NCBI RefSeq assembly: GCF_006345805.1
Contig: NC_043010.1
Span: forward strand, 8,618,001-8,682,000
Reading direction: 5' to 3'
DNA length: 64,000 nt
From: Octopus sinensis
Lineage: Eukaryota
Part shown: piece by piece, positions 1-13,297 of the stretch
How positions within the stretch are numbered: the stretch's first letter is position 1
Layout: every line of letters starts with the position of its first letter
Made by a program: the position numbers and the translations under genes
Notes under the pieces: model-generated
Seen by the model: the letters and a program-made list of their open reading frames with translations, nothing else
Databases searched by the model: none
What the model was told of the DNA's origin: nothing

Positions 1-420
1 TAAAATAGATAAAAAAATAAAATCACATGATAGAACTCTAAAAGTCATCTTCTAATTTCTCAGGTATTTTACTTCGTTTCCATCTTCTGTGACTTGCATG
101 ACTTACTTTACCTTTTGTTTCTATTTTTTTGCAAGTGGTTTTTGAATATTCTTGTATGTTTTTTTTTTGGGGGGGGGTTTCTTTTGTGTTTTATTTCATT
201 TTTTTTTGTTTTTAGTTTTTTGTTTTTGTTTTTGTATCTCTTCCAAAAATATTCTGCCTCTCAGCTTCTTTGCCTTTGGGCCTGGGGGAAACCTGTACAT
301 GTCTTCCTGATATTAACTTATAGAGACATTAGTCTCAATTCAATTAACAAATCTATCTCTGTTTCACGCCTCTCTTGAAGAACCTGCAGAAATTGCCATC
401 AATGGTGGTTATCTTCTTCC

Positions 421-477
421 CCCAGTATAAAATAATAATAATAATAATAAAATGATGATGATGATAATAATAATAAT

Positions 478-555
<78 letters not shown>

Positions 556-1140
556 AATAATAATGATAATAATAATAATAGTAGTAGTAGTAATAATAAT
601 GGACTCCATCTTGAAATTGGTTGATACTATTTAAGGACAGTAACACACTGAAGTCATAGAGAAGGATAGTGTTTTAGCTGGAGGGAGAAAGAAACATTAC
701 ATGAAGTATGTGGTAGTAGAGGTGGCGGTGGCGGTGGTGGTGGTAGTGGTGGTGGCAGTGGTGGTGGTGGTGTTTTGGTGAGGGTGGTCATGGTAGTGAT
801 AGTGGTGGTGGCAATGGTGGCATTACCCATCAGACAGAAAATGAGGTATATTGGTGATGTTGGCAATGATGATGATGATGATGCTGATGATGATGTGGAG
901 GATGATGATGACGACGATGATGATGATGATTGATGATAATGAAGATGAGGATGATGATGATGATCATGCTGATTGTTGTGATGATTGTAGTGGTGTTGGT
1001 TGTAGTATTCATTAGATAACAAAGTTTTGGTGAAGTTGGCAATGATGATCATCTTTATGATAGTGGTGTTAATGATGGTGATGATGATGACGATGATGAT
1101 GATGATGATGATAATGGTGATTATAAGATGATCATGGCTG
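421..1140. repeat. Compound triplet microsatellites (AAT)n/(GAT)n/(GGT)n
   Basis: Directly visible; source of the poly-I/Y/H/S/P ORFs in the track. Confidence 0.95.
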
Positions 1141-1341
1141 TAGCAGTTTATTATTTTTTTTTTTGTTATAGTGGTGGTGATTGTTTAGTAAAGAAAGTTT
1201 AATATAATACAAGAAACTGTGTCAGTCTTAGTAAATTATGGTCAAGCCATAACAGAAAACTTATCGTTAGGAATAAGGCTAATTCTAAGTATTTGAAGAA
1301 GGTTAAGGTCAGTAAATTAAACTAAAGTAAGGGGTTAATTA

Positions 1342-1580
1342 GTGGAGGTACGTGGCTCAGTGGTTCGGGGTGTTGAGCTCATGATCATAATATTGCGGTT
1401 TCAATTCATGGACCTGATGTTGTGTTGTGTTCCTGAGCAAAATATTTAACTTTACATTGCTCCAGTCCACTCCACTGGCTAAAATGAGTATTCTGGCAAC
1501 GCCAGGATCCCATCCAGGGGACAATATATACACCAGACAATTGAGGAAATATATCCCATGAGTCTATAGGATTCAGGGAT
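1342..1580 (+). mobile_element. Degenerate SINE-D (tRNA-like head, CORE-like body, tail-3-like end)
   Basis: gtggaggtacgtggctcagtgg head and ttgctccagtccactc...gagt body, shared with 27871-28395. Confidence 0.7.
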
Positions 1581-1782
1581 GGTCTAGGACTTAATCAATG
1601 GATAGATTACTAGGTGAGTTGATAGCATGTTGGAGAGAAAGTCCTATTTTGTTATTTGTTTCTGCACACCACACTCTGAGTTCAAATCATTCTGTGGTCA
1701 TCTTTGTCTTTTAGAGTTATGGGGTCAATAAAAAAAGAGTCAGTCAAGTACTGAGGTTAATTTTCTTGTTAGTCACATTCTC

Positions 1783-1821
<39 letters not shown>

Positions 1822-1909
1822 TTAGTACGTTGTGTTATTAAAAGGGCTATTGGGTATGTTTCATAGTAACCTTCAGACCAGAAATGGCAAAGTGCTAAGT
1901 GAAGGCAAG

Positions 1910-2115
1910 CATCATCCTCATCCTCATCATCATAGTCATCATCATCATCATCATTGACATGGGTTGGATGGTTTTTACTACAGGATCTGGCAAACTGCAG
2001 GATTGCATTGAGCACCAGTGTCAGTTTTGGCATGAGTTTTATAGTTGGATGTCCTTTCTAATGTCAACCACTTTACAATGTGTACTGAATGTTTTTTTTC
2101 CTATGCCAGTAGCAC
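1910..2115 (-). mobile_element. RTE-like 3' tail fragment ending in (GAT)n
   Basis: catgggttggatg...gtcctttctaatgtcaacc is the reverse complement of the tail seen at 17028-17178. Confidence 0.7.
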
Positions 2116-2347
2116 AAGTGATACCACCAAATAACTTGTGAGACAGTGAAAGAAGAGCTAAAACATTCCTTTGATTAAGTAAGGGAAATTATTCAAGAGG
2201 AGGAAACAAGTTTATACAAGCTGTTGAGAGACTAGAGTTTGATAGAGGAACAAGTACAGGTATCTTACTATAGAGGAGATGCATAGTTACCCAGCATTCT
2301 TATAAAAGGGTGATAGGTGTTACTGACTTACTTTAACCACTCTCTCT

Positions 2348-2735
2348 CTTTTACTCTTTTACCTGTTTCAGTCATTTGACTGCGGCCATGCTGGAGCACC
2401 GCCTTTAGTCGAGCAAATCGACCCCGGGACTTATTCTTTGTAAGCCCAGTACTTATTCCATCGGTCTCTTTTGCCGAACTGCTAAGTGACGGGGACGTAA
2501 ATGCACCAGCATCGGTTGTCAAGCAATGCTAGGGGGACAAACACATACACACACACTTATATATATATATATATATATACATATATACGACGAGCTTCTT
2601 TCAGTTTCTGTCTACCAAATTCACTCACAATGCTTTGGTTGGCCCGTGGCTATAGTAGAAGACACTTGCCCAAGGTGCCACATAGTGGGGCTGAATTAAG
2701 TGATAAAAGATTCAAAACTATGCACTTCCCACTTC
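2348..2735 (-). mobile_element. SINE-A
   Basis: Reverse complement of the family tail (atggccgcagtcaaatgactgaaac...taaaagag), internal (TA)n tract and degenerate head. Confidence 0.9.
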
Positions 2736-2834
2736 AAAAAAAACAACTTATTTTCTTTCTCATTGTCTTATCATTATTATTATCATTATCATTATTATTA
2801 CTATTATTATCATTATTATTATTATTATGATTAT

Positions 2835-3056
2835 TAAGGTGGTGAACTGGCAGAATTGTTTGGGCACATTGGACAAAATGCTTAGCAGCATTTTGTTTGC
2901 CTTTGCGTTCTGAGTTCAAATGACACCGAGGTTGACTTTGCCTTCCATCCTTTCGGGGTTGATGAAATAAGTAGCAGTTGAGCACTGAAATCAATGTAAT
3001 TGACAAACCCCCCCCCCAAAATTTCAGGCCTTGTACCTCTTGTAGAAAGGATCATT
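2835..3056 (+). mobile_element. Older SINE-B variant
   Basis: aaggtggtgaactggcagaa head, B-box-like gagttcaaat, gccttccatcctttcggggttgat core. Confidence 0.8.
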
Positions 3057-5049
3057 ATCATCAATAATACCTTTGTTATTCATTTACACACTTCTGATTT
3101 GCTCTTTCTCTCTTACGAAAATAAATTTTTAATAAAATATTTTTTTTGCATTTCTTAGCTGAAGGGACAATCTCAGAATATAAGATTCCTTTTCTCCTCA
3201 CAGCATATAAATTTACCCAGTTTTTAGCAGATGCAGACGACCACTACCACTCTCCTTGGATTTTGTGGGATATTTTAGTGTTTTCAGTTTTTTTTTTGCT
3301 TAACAACTGCAGTTTTTGTGGTTATGTGGGGAGTTAAGTATAGTAACGAGAGAGTGTTGGGTGGAAGGTGACTGCAAGTTATTCTATGAAATGGACAATA
3401 ATGGTGGTAACGTATAATAAAAGAAGTGGAACATAATATATGGAAGACAGTAAAAAAATAGGATAGCTTTCAATAGAAGAATAAACAACATTATGTGTTG
3501 GTTATAAACTGTGTGAAGAAATATCTTAAAAGGAGTGAGAAAATTATGGAGGACAGAGAATATTGTAAAGACATTTAAAAACTGTTATAGAGGAGACCGT
3601 ACTATGAATAAAATCATAACTGTAGAATGGTAAAACGATGGAAAATATAAGTAAAGATCCATAAAATAAGAAGCAAAAAAATGAAATATAAATAGAAATT
3701 AAAAAAAAGGAATGAAAAATATGTCAAATATTGATATTTTTAATTAGTATGTATGAAATAAAAATAAAATATGTATATACATAAAATGACGGAGAAAATC
3801 ATTTGCAAATCATGAAAAGAGTTGAAAGTAATTTTTATGGCCGTGTTACTGAAGGCAAGCTAATTTTGGTCAGAAAGTACGATAAGAAGGGTATTTGGAA
3901 AATATAATAACATAGCTTTAAGCTGTCATTCTGGAGTGACATTAAAAAAAAAAATTGGAAGGAAAAAATCTGTAAAGATATCAAAGCCACTGAACGATAA
4001 ATTGAGAAGGAACATCAAGTAAGGAATTGCCAATATTAACAAGGTCTATAAGCATGCTTGATACAAACACGAAAGAAAGAAAAATAACTGAGGTGGATGT
4101 CTAAATCAATACGAAGAAGAAGAAAAAAAATGTTACATTCTCTACAGGATCTGAAACCAAACTAAATGATCAATGTTTCTACACCCAATCTAATCAATTC
4201 CTTATATAGTTGTTTTGTTTTACCATTATTCTTCTCCAGCAGCCATCGCCATGCCCACCACCACAACCACCACCGCCACCACCATAACTCTGTGAGCAGC
4301 ATGCTGCATGCAGTGCAGCTTCTCTTTTCATTTGTCATATCGACCAAAGTTTATAAGTTTCTATAAAAATTCTCCAGTCTTTTATTCTGGTAAGAATTAT
4401 CTTACAATTCCTTCCACCAAATATATTTTTGAAAAAAAAAAAAAAAAAAAAAGATAAATAAATAAAATAAAATGAAAAATAGGAAAAATATGACAAACAA
4501 ATTATTGAAGAACATGAAAAAGAAATAACCTTAAAAAAAAACTAACAGAAATATTGGAAACAGATAAATGACAGCTACGATTAACATAAATAAAGAAAAA
4601 AAGTATAAAGGAAAACTGGGATGCTTGTTAAAGCATACAATACTGGTGTCCCTATATTCTGTGAATTCACCCTCAGTAGACAGAATGGAGTCATCTGCAA
4701 TGGCTAATAAGTCATGAGTTGAAAGGAATATCAAAATAGTTTTTGACTTGTTCTGTTCTGCATGATACACAACTTCAGCATTTAACCGTGACAAACTTGG
4801 AGAAACGAAAAACAAAAACACAAACACAACAACCTAAAAATTAAAAAAAAAACAAAAAAAAAAACATTGAGAGGAAATAGTAGAAAGAAAAGATAGAAAA
4901 GAAAAGACGTATAATAAAGAGAGGGTAAGATAGATTGGGGAAGGAGGAGGAGGAGGAGGAAGAGACAGAGCAAAGTAAAATAAAGATCAATGGAAATAAT
5001 TCAAGTGTTATATTGCTTTAAATTCTTTGAAAGTTTTCATTTGGAGTTA

Positions 5050-6175
5050 TTCTAGTTATTAATATTATTCGGTCTATATACCAACGTAGTCTACATACTA
5101 AAACAATTGGTCCGGTTAGTAAGATATAAGATATATAGAAGTCTAAAAATATGCAGCTACTGTAAGGAAAAATTCGAATGTTCTGGGACTAAGCTCTTTA
5201 TAAACGAAGAGAGGCAAGAGTTCTGTGTACTGTAATTGAAATGTATCCAGAATGCAGCTATAAATATAATTAGTCAAATTAATACAGTTAGTCTAATTTT
5301 ATAATCAAGTTACTAATACAATTGCACTACTTGCATTTTGTCTCAATATTAATATAGGTGGTCCACTTACTAACTCAAGTATAGTTTGACTAATTATTAA
5401 TACACTTGATCTAATTACTAATACACCTTGGTCCGGTTATGAGCACAATTAACCCAGATATTAATGTAGTTGGTCAAATTCTAATACAATTAGTCCTGTT
5501 ATTAGTACGCCTATTCTAGTTATCAGTAAACTTAATCCAGATATTGGTATAGTTCACTGAATTATTAATATAATTGGTCAAGTTAGGTTGAGTTACTAAT
5601 CTACTCGGAGCAGTTACTAAAACACTTGTTTAATACAAGTCCTGATATTGATATACTTTTCTACTCTAGGCACAAGGCCCGACATTTTTGGGGAAGGGGC
5701 CAATCAATTAGATCGACCCCAGTACACAACTGGTACTTAATTTATCGACCCCTGAAAGGATGAAAGGCAAAGTCGACCTTGGCGGAAACGAAATTTTGGG
5801 GGGAGGGACCAATCAATTAGATCGACCCCAGTACACAACTGGTACTTAATTTATCGACCCCTGAAAGGATGAAAGGCAAAGTCGACCTCGGCGGAAATTG
5901 AACTCAGAATGTAAAGACAGATGAAATACCACTGAGCATTTCACCTGGTGTGCTAACGTTTCTACCAGCTTGCCGTCTTTCTGATAGTAATACAGTTGGT
6001 CCAGTTAGTTCATGTGTTGTGGTCATCAAATTACTAATCTCGTTGTTCCAGTAATCAATAAAGTTTGTTCAGTTATCAATGCAGGTGATCCACTTATTAA
6101 TATAATTTCTCCAGTTATTAACACCATAAATCCATGAACAAATACAGTTCTTCCAGTTCCTAATGTATTTATTTC
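5050..6175. repeat. Degenerate 21-bp tandem repeat (approximate consensus ACTAATACAGTTGGTCCAGTT) interrupted by a SINE-B
   Basis: Consecutive 21-nt units readable at ~5348-5600 and ~6033-6175. Confidence 0.75.
5652..5980 (-). mobile_element. SINE-B variant with an internal ~109-bp tandem duplication
   Basis: caatcaattagatcgacccc...gtcgacct occurs at 5701 and 5810. Confidence 0.9.
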
Positions 6176-6350
6176 TTGATTTTTTTTTTCCATTCAGACA
6201 TCGCTTCTTTAAGCAAACCATGAAGCTTTTATGTAGATTCCAAACTAAGGTTTTGTAGTTGAAACCTTTACGACTAATTTTCATAGAAAAATCATTGTTT
6301 GCACCATGTATAGTGAGACCTGGAATGAATGAATACTTTCTTATTTGTTC

Positions 6351-6756
6351 AGGAGTAGCTGTGTGGTAAGTAGCTTGCTTTTCAACCACATAGTTCCAGG
6401 TTCAGTCCCACTGTGTTGCACCTCGGGTAAATGTCTTCTACTATAGCCTCGAGCCGACCAAGCCTTGTGAGTGGATTTGGTAGACAGAAACTGAAAGAAG
6501 CCCGTCGTATATATGTATATGTATATATATGTGTGTGTGTGTGTGTGTGTTTGTGTGTCTGTGTTCATCCCCCAACATCACTTGACAACCGATGCTGGTG
6601 TGTTTACGTCCCCGTAACTTAGTGGTTCAGCAAAAGAGACCGATAGAATAAGTACTAGGCTTACAAAGAATAAGTCCTGGGGTCAATTTGCTAGACTAAA
6701 GGTGGTGCTCCAGCATGGCCACAGTCAAATGACTTAAACAAGTAAATAAAAGAGAG
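6351..6756 (+). mobile_element. SINE-A, full length
   Basis: ggagtagctgtgtggtaag head, B-box-like ggttcagtcc, family body and tail. Confidence 0.92.
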
Positions 6757-7563
6757 TAGGCTCTGACGCAAAATATGTTAGTTACTGTAATGTGTGTTAA
6801 AGGAGAAAAAATTCTCTCAGTGAGTTGAGTGTGTCAAACATACTGACATCATAAAAGAAAGAAGTTTTTTTTTCCTTCGATATACATTGCAGCAATTATC
6901 ATATTTTGCATTTGAATCTGCCTGAATGTACAAAGAATATATATATCCAAATGTTCGTTTCGTTGAAAAAATATTAATTAAATCTGATTTTAAATTTATA
7001 AGAATGTTATTTTTTTACTGCAACTCAACTTTAATCAAGCAAACCTATGATTAACTGCATTCTAGCCATGACCAAGTTTTCAAGTGTTGTGTACCCCACA
7101 GGATGACATTATTCAATGAATTCCATTTATTTTCAACTAAAAATTCTTCAAGCTGGTGCCCCAACATGGCTGCAGTCAAATGACTGAAACAAGTAAAAGA
7201 TAAAAGATAACAGGTTGATTTCTGGGGTATTTAGCTGCTATTCCTTGCAGATAAAGTAACCACATAGAAAGCTATCTCGTTGGTTCTGTATGAGAATGTA
7301 GATTACTGAATAATTTGTAGTATAGAGGATGAGCAGCTGAGGAGCGAGTTATTTGTTATCTTACAACTTCCAGCCTTCAAATCTACCTTGTTTTGACTGG
7401 GTACCATGATGTGATTCACTACTGCAAGCTACTGCAAGCATAGTGGGAAGTATAAGAATTTTGTTACTTAATCATTTCTTGATGATATTTCTGATGAGTA
7501 CACTACCAAAAGTATTTCAATTAATTTCCAGTATACTCTAAATGCAAGCAGGTTTTAGTGAAT

Positions 7564-7795
7564 AAGGTGGCGAGCTGGCAGAAATGTTAGCACGCCGGGC
7601 GAAATGCGTAGCCGTATTTCGTCAGCTGTTACGTTCTGAGTTCAAATTCCGCCGAGGTCGACTTTGCCTTTCATCCTTTCGAGGTGGATAAATTAAGTAC
7701 CAGTTACGCACTGGGGTCGATGTAATCGACTTAATACCTATGTCTGTCCTTGTTTGTCCCCTCTGTGTTTAGCCCCTTGTGGGTCATAAAGAAAT
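7564..7795 (+). mobile_element. SINE-B, full length with a 14-bp TSD
   Basis: TSD AGGT(T/C)TTAGTGAAT at 7550-7563 and 7796-7809. Confidence 0.95.
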
Positions 7796-8759
7796 AGGTC
7801 TTAGTGAATTATTTGTAACTTTATATATTGGTTGTTGATGCTGAGTCCAAGGTTAGCTGTTATATCAAGTAGATTCCAACCATGACTACCTCATCTTTTT
7901 GTATACCAGGCAATGTAAAGTATATTACACGATATTTACTTTCTTATTGGGTTTCGAAGAAGGCCTGCAATGACCATGGACACAGTCCCTTGCTCTAGAG
8001 TCAAGAACAAATCAAAAAGAAAAGAAGAAAGAAAGAAAAGGACATTAGGTGTGATTTGAGAAAGATTTAGCTGCTATTTCCTGCAGTGACAGTGACTGCA
8101 TAGACACTCTGCCATTGGTTCATTTATAGTTTTGTACATTATGCTGGTGTTGTGAGTGAAACATAATGATATCATTCATGTTATGAGATTTTGATCAAGA
8201 CTTTTTTTTTTTTTGTTTAAATAGGTTGCTATGAAATGGGTTAAAATGATGACTTTTCATTCTTCCAAGATGAAAAGCTACCTGCAATAAAAGCAACGTC
8301 ATGTTCAGTTTAAGAATTATCTCTCATCTGTTTATTACACGGAACTTGGATATAAATACCAGCGCTACGGATTCTTAGGGTTACAGAGAAGAGTTAGTTT
8401 GCATTAAGTTGAATAGTATTTTAAGCATTGTTTAAGATTTCTCTGTAAGAGATATATAAGAAAAAATTGTGCAACGTAAGTCTTTCGATTCTTATTTGAT
8501 AAAAAAAATAAAATGATAAAGAAAAATAATTAAAAGGTAAAAAAAAAAAGATCGGTGGTGGTTGTGAAATTGCTGTAAGCCTTTGAGAACTAACTTCTTG
8601 TCATGACTTGTAGGTTCCTTTGAACACAGGGCAAATAAAATTCTTGTCACTATTTTCCTAGTTTTCTTTATTGTGAACAAAAAAAAATAAAGCCTTCAGT
8701 CTCTTCTTTAAACTGTTTGATGCTTTTATTTTGGATGATTCCCAACAAATAAAATAAAG

Positions 8760-8766
8760 TGTACAC

Positions 8767-8860
<94 letters not shown>
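8760..8860. repeat. (CA)n microsatellite
   Basis: Direct. Confidence 0.98.
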
Positions 8861-8862
<2 letters not shown>

Positions 8863-9304
8863 GTAAAGCCTATCACTAAGATGCAAAAGAATCTAAAAGA
8901 AAAATCCTACCATTCTTTGAAATTGTGGTTTTGGAGGCTCACCACAGCAGTGGAGGCTCTATTTGGATTATAATTAATTACATTTACCTGTTCATGACAA
9001 GATTTCTAATGAAATCCACGGTCTATATGCTTCAACTCATGTTGAAAGTAATTAAGTATTTAGTGGGCTTCAGCAAAATTTCTAAACTTTTCATTATCAA
9101 GCTGGCATTTGGAATTATAACAGAAGTGTCCCTATAAAATTTTGATCAAAGGTTCTGATTTAAACATGATCCTATAAAAACAAAAAAAATCTTTTGCATC
9201 ATAAAGAGATCTGCGGTGAAATAGCGTTGGTATCAAACAACTCAAGTGAAGAACAGTTCATTCGAAAAAGTGTTCTACCATCATTATTCTATCTTTGTCT
9301 CATT

Positions 9305-9689
9305 TGGAAGCACTCCGTCGGTTATGATGACGAGGGTTCCGGTTGATCCGAATCAACGGAACAGCCTGCTCATGAAATTAACGTGTAAGTGGCTGAGCAC
9401 TCCACAGACACGTGTACCCTTAACGTAGTTCTCGCGGATATTCAGCGTGACACAGAGAGTGACAAGGCCGGCCCTTTGAAATACAGGTACAACAGAAACA
9501 GGAAGTAAGAGTGAGAGAAAGTTGTGGTGAAAGAGTACAGCAGGGATCACCACCATCCCCTGCCGGAGCCTCGTGGAGCTTTAGGTGTTTTCGCTCAATA
9601 AACACTCACAACGCCCGGTGTGGGAATCGAAACTGCGATCCTATGACCGCGAGTCCGCTGCCCTAACCACTGGGCCATTGCGCCTCCAC
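9305..9689 (-). mobile_element. SINE-C with tail 1
   Basis: Reverse complement of ggaggcgcaatggcccagtgg (A-box-like) and ggtttcgattcc (B-box-like); matches 23879-24263. Confidence 0.92.
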
Positions 9690-9819
9690 TTGTCTCATTT
9701 ATACTTAGCTTCACAGCAAATGTTAAATAAAGTTTGTCTCTATATTTGTAAGATCTAATGATAGCTTGACCAAATACATCGAACATCCCAGAACAGGTTT
9801 GAACATTTTAATAAATCTT

Positions 9820-10363
9820 TTTCCTTTTATCTTTCTTCCACATTTAGTCGAACAAATCAACCCGAGGACTTATTCTTTGCAAGCTAGTACTTATTCTATC
9901 GATCACTTTTGCCAAACCGCTAAGTTACAAGCACATAAACACACCAGCATCAGTGTCAACTGATGGAGAAGAGGACAAACACAGACACATGAATATACAC
10001 ATACATACATATATATATATATATAGTTAATCCAAACAAGAAAGCACAAAAAAACACAACAACGTGAGGACGTGGAACAAATATAGTATTATTGGACGCT
10101 CAGGAAAGAAGGAGGGTTTAACGTTTTGAGCGGAGCTCTTTGTCAGAAACATAGGAGAAGGAAAGATCCAGAGAAGTGAAGACAGGAAAAAAATCGCCAA
10201 CAGTACACACGACGGGCTTCTTTCAGTTTCCATCTACCAAATCCACTCGCAAGGCTTTGGTTGGCCTGAGGCTATAGGAGAAGACACTTGCCCAAGGTAC
10301 CACACAGTGGGACTGAACCTGGAACTGTGTGGTTGGGAAGCAACCTTGCTACCACACAGCCAC
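9820..10363 (-). mobile_element. SINE-A split by an insertion in its internal (TA)n tract
   Basis: 3' half at 9820-10025 and 5' half at 10210-10363. Confidence 0.85.
10026..10208 (-). mobile_element. Short non-coding repeat carrying a hammerhead-like motif (copy 1)
   Basis: Minus strand 10150-10116 reads GTTT CTGACAA A GAGC TCC GCTC AAAAC GTT AAAC. Confidence 0.65.
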
Positions 10364-10366
10364 TAA

Positions 10367-10411
<45 letters not shown>

Positions 10412-11159
10412 GTATTAATATGTGTGTTTATATACATATGTACATACACACACACACACACGCACAGAGACACACATATATACATATATATATGAATATA
10501 TAGAGAGAGACTGAGAGAGAGAGAACAGGGGAGAGAGACATATGTACATACATACATGCATATATACCTGCGTACATTTGTGTGTATGTGTGTGAGAGAG
10601 ACAGGGGGAGAGAGAGAGAGAGGGAGAGAGAGGGAGAGAGAGAGAGAGAGATAGGATGTGTTTGTCTTTATTACAAATCAATTAAAAACCCAATACATTG
10701 AATTAGTTAGAGTAAAGCATCTAAACCAATTCCCAGCCTTTTAACACCACCACATAGATGCCACCAATCAGCTTCAGAGACAATGCTTTTGTCCACACAC
10801 TTAGCAAGACACTAACAAAGACAGAACGTTCGGTTCGGTTCGTGTCACTTTAGCGATAGGTGTGGTAGCCTAATCAACTTGTACAAATTATTGATCTCAG
10901 ATGTTCCAGTTGTAAAGGGTTCGGAAAAGAGAAAGAAAATAATATGAAAGGATTGTTCATTTTCTTGTGGTAGTACTTTAAATCTATGAAATGCTCTTTT
11001 TCAAGTAGACCTTTTGTTCGGTGGTCATAAAACAAGACATCCTATATTCCCTGTCAGTTATATTTATGGATGACTACCCTTTAAAACAAACATTTTATTG
11101 ATAATTGAACCCTATTGTAACCTTACCAACAACAAAGAAATCACCAACAGTGAAAGCAT

Positions 11160-11170
11160 TATCATCATCA

Positions 11171-11209
<39 letters not shown>

Positions 11210-11760
11210 TCATCGTCGTCGTCGTCATCATTATTATTGTTGTTGTTGTCAACGTCCCCATCACCCTCACCACCATTATCATCATTATCATTATCAACAT
11301 GTTATCATCTCCCTCGTCTCCATCATCATCAGCATTGTCATCATCGTCGGCGGTGTCAGCGTCGGCGTCATCATCGTCATCATCATCATCATCGTCGTCA
11401 TCATCATCATTATCGTCGTTGTCATCATCATCATCATCATCATCGTCGTTGTTGTCGTCGTCATCATCATCATCATCATTCTCGTCGTCATTGTCATCAT
11501 CATCATCATCGTCGTCATCATCATCATTATCGTCGTTGTCATCATCATCATCCTCATTATCGTCGTCGTCGTCATCATCATCCTTCTCATAATTCATATG
11601 TCATGACATGTTCTGCAATTGTCATTGCTGATAGCTCATCAATGTCATCATCCTTCTGATCACAATGACCAAAAGCATCATCCACCACAAGACCACCACC
11701 ACCACCACCATCATCATCACTATCCCCTTAACCCTCCTGCCCATCATCATCATCATCATC
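11160..11760. repeat. (TCA)n/(TCG)n/(CAC)n triplet tract
   Basis: Direct; explains the 98-184 aa low-complexity ORFs. Confidence 0.95.
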
Positions 11761-11899
11761 AGAAACCTTGTCAATGGTTGTCGTCGTGCACTCATTGTCT
11801 TAGCAAATACTTTCACTAGTTAAACTAATACACACACACACACACACACAGACACACACACACACTAACCTAACCTAACATGAACAAATGTCTCTCTCT

Positions 11900-11937
<38 letters not shown>

Positions 11938-12466
11938 CTTATCTCTCTGTGATCCATTATATATATCCTCTCGCTCAGTTGTTACAGTGAATATACTTTA
12001 TAAACAGATAACGGTTGCTATGGTATCAATATAAAAGCAACAAAAGAGCTGCCAACTGATATAAGCTGCTCCAATGGTTACATCAAAGTGTCTGATCTGT
12101 CATATAAATCATATCAAAACTATCGTAATCAGAGCATGGTTGATATCATAGCCTGTGTATAAAAGTATATTAACCCCCGCTACACACTTAGCTATATCTT
12201 CTCCATACAGAAGGTTTCCCTGAGAAATTTTAATTAACCATATCAATGAATGTTTCTTAGTTGAAGTTTCTTATTCTTTCAAGTCTTCAAAGATCTGATA
12301 AGTCTGAGTATGGCTATGCTTTTCTGAAGAATACGCACACAGATAGAGATGTATATATGCATATAACTGCATGTATGTATATGTATATACATACACATGC
12401 ATGCACACACATTCACTCATACTCACACACATACACAAACATACATGTGTCAATATATATATATAT

Positions 12467-12905
12467 GCTTATATGTGTGTATACAAATGCAAATGCTAAC
12501 ATTATATATACATATATATGAAGTAGCATATACACACACACACACTCATACATATATATATATATACATATTATATACATGCATATTATTATACATATAT
12601 ATATATGCTTATATGTGTGTATACAAATGCAAATGCTAACGTTAAATATACATATATATGAAGTAGTATATACACACACACACACACACACACACTCATA
12701 CATATCATATATATATACATGTTATATACATGCATATTATTATACTTATATATATATGCTTATATGTGTGTATACAAATGCAAATGCTAATGTTATATAT
12801 ACATATATATGAAGTAGTATATACACACACACACACTCATACATATACATATATATATATACACATTACATATTATATATATATGCATATTATTATACAT
12901 ATATA
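12467..12905. repeat. Three-copy minisatellite (140-151 bp) built from microsatellite sequence
   Basis: gcttatatgtgtgtatacaaatgcaaatgctaa at 12467, 12607 and 12758. Confidence 0.9.
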
Positions 12906-13297
12906 TATATGATTTCTATCTTTCTATCTATATAAATGAATTGAAAAATGAACAAAGAGAAATAATGGAGTGGACACTGGTATATATTTGAACAACAAAG
13001 ACAAATAAACCCATTTCAAACACTGTATAGGATAGATTCTTGTTTTATTGAAATTATCTCTGCTTGCAGAGAAGACACTACTCTCACTTGGTGGCAGCTA
13101 GGACCAACTGCAAATGCAAAGGGAAGATAAGCTCCAGAATTGAGACTCCCCCAAAACTGAGTCACCATTAAGTGTATGATATTCTGTTAATCTGACGACA
13201 GGAGGAGCGATGTATACATGTGTTTCTTCATCAATGAGCATCATCAGCACAGTTGTTGCCCTTGTTTATCTCTGGTCATCACTGTCATTCTCATTCT

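Noticed and set aside
4531-4827. ORF with ILIFLSTHDLL, superficially like an ABC-transporter H-loop
   Set aside because: No Walker A/B or signature motif nearby, no partner exons, and the ends are T-rich low complexity.
11098-11659. 164-184 aa poly-Ser/His/Asp ORFs
   Set aside because: Triplet microsatellites are open in several frames at once; there is no splice or domain support.
13080-13280. VYIAPPVVRLTE, faintly like a piggyBac transposase N-terminus
   Set aside because: The resemblance is too short and the expected acidic DEDS motif is absent.
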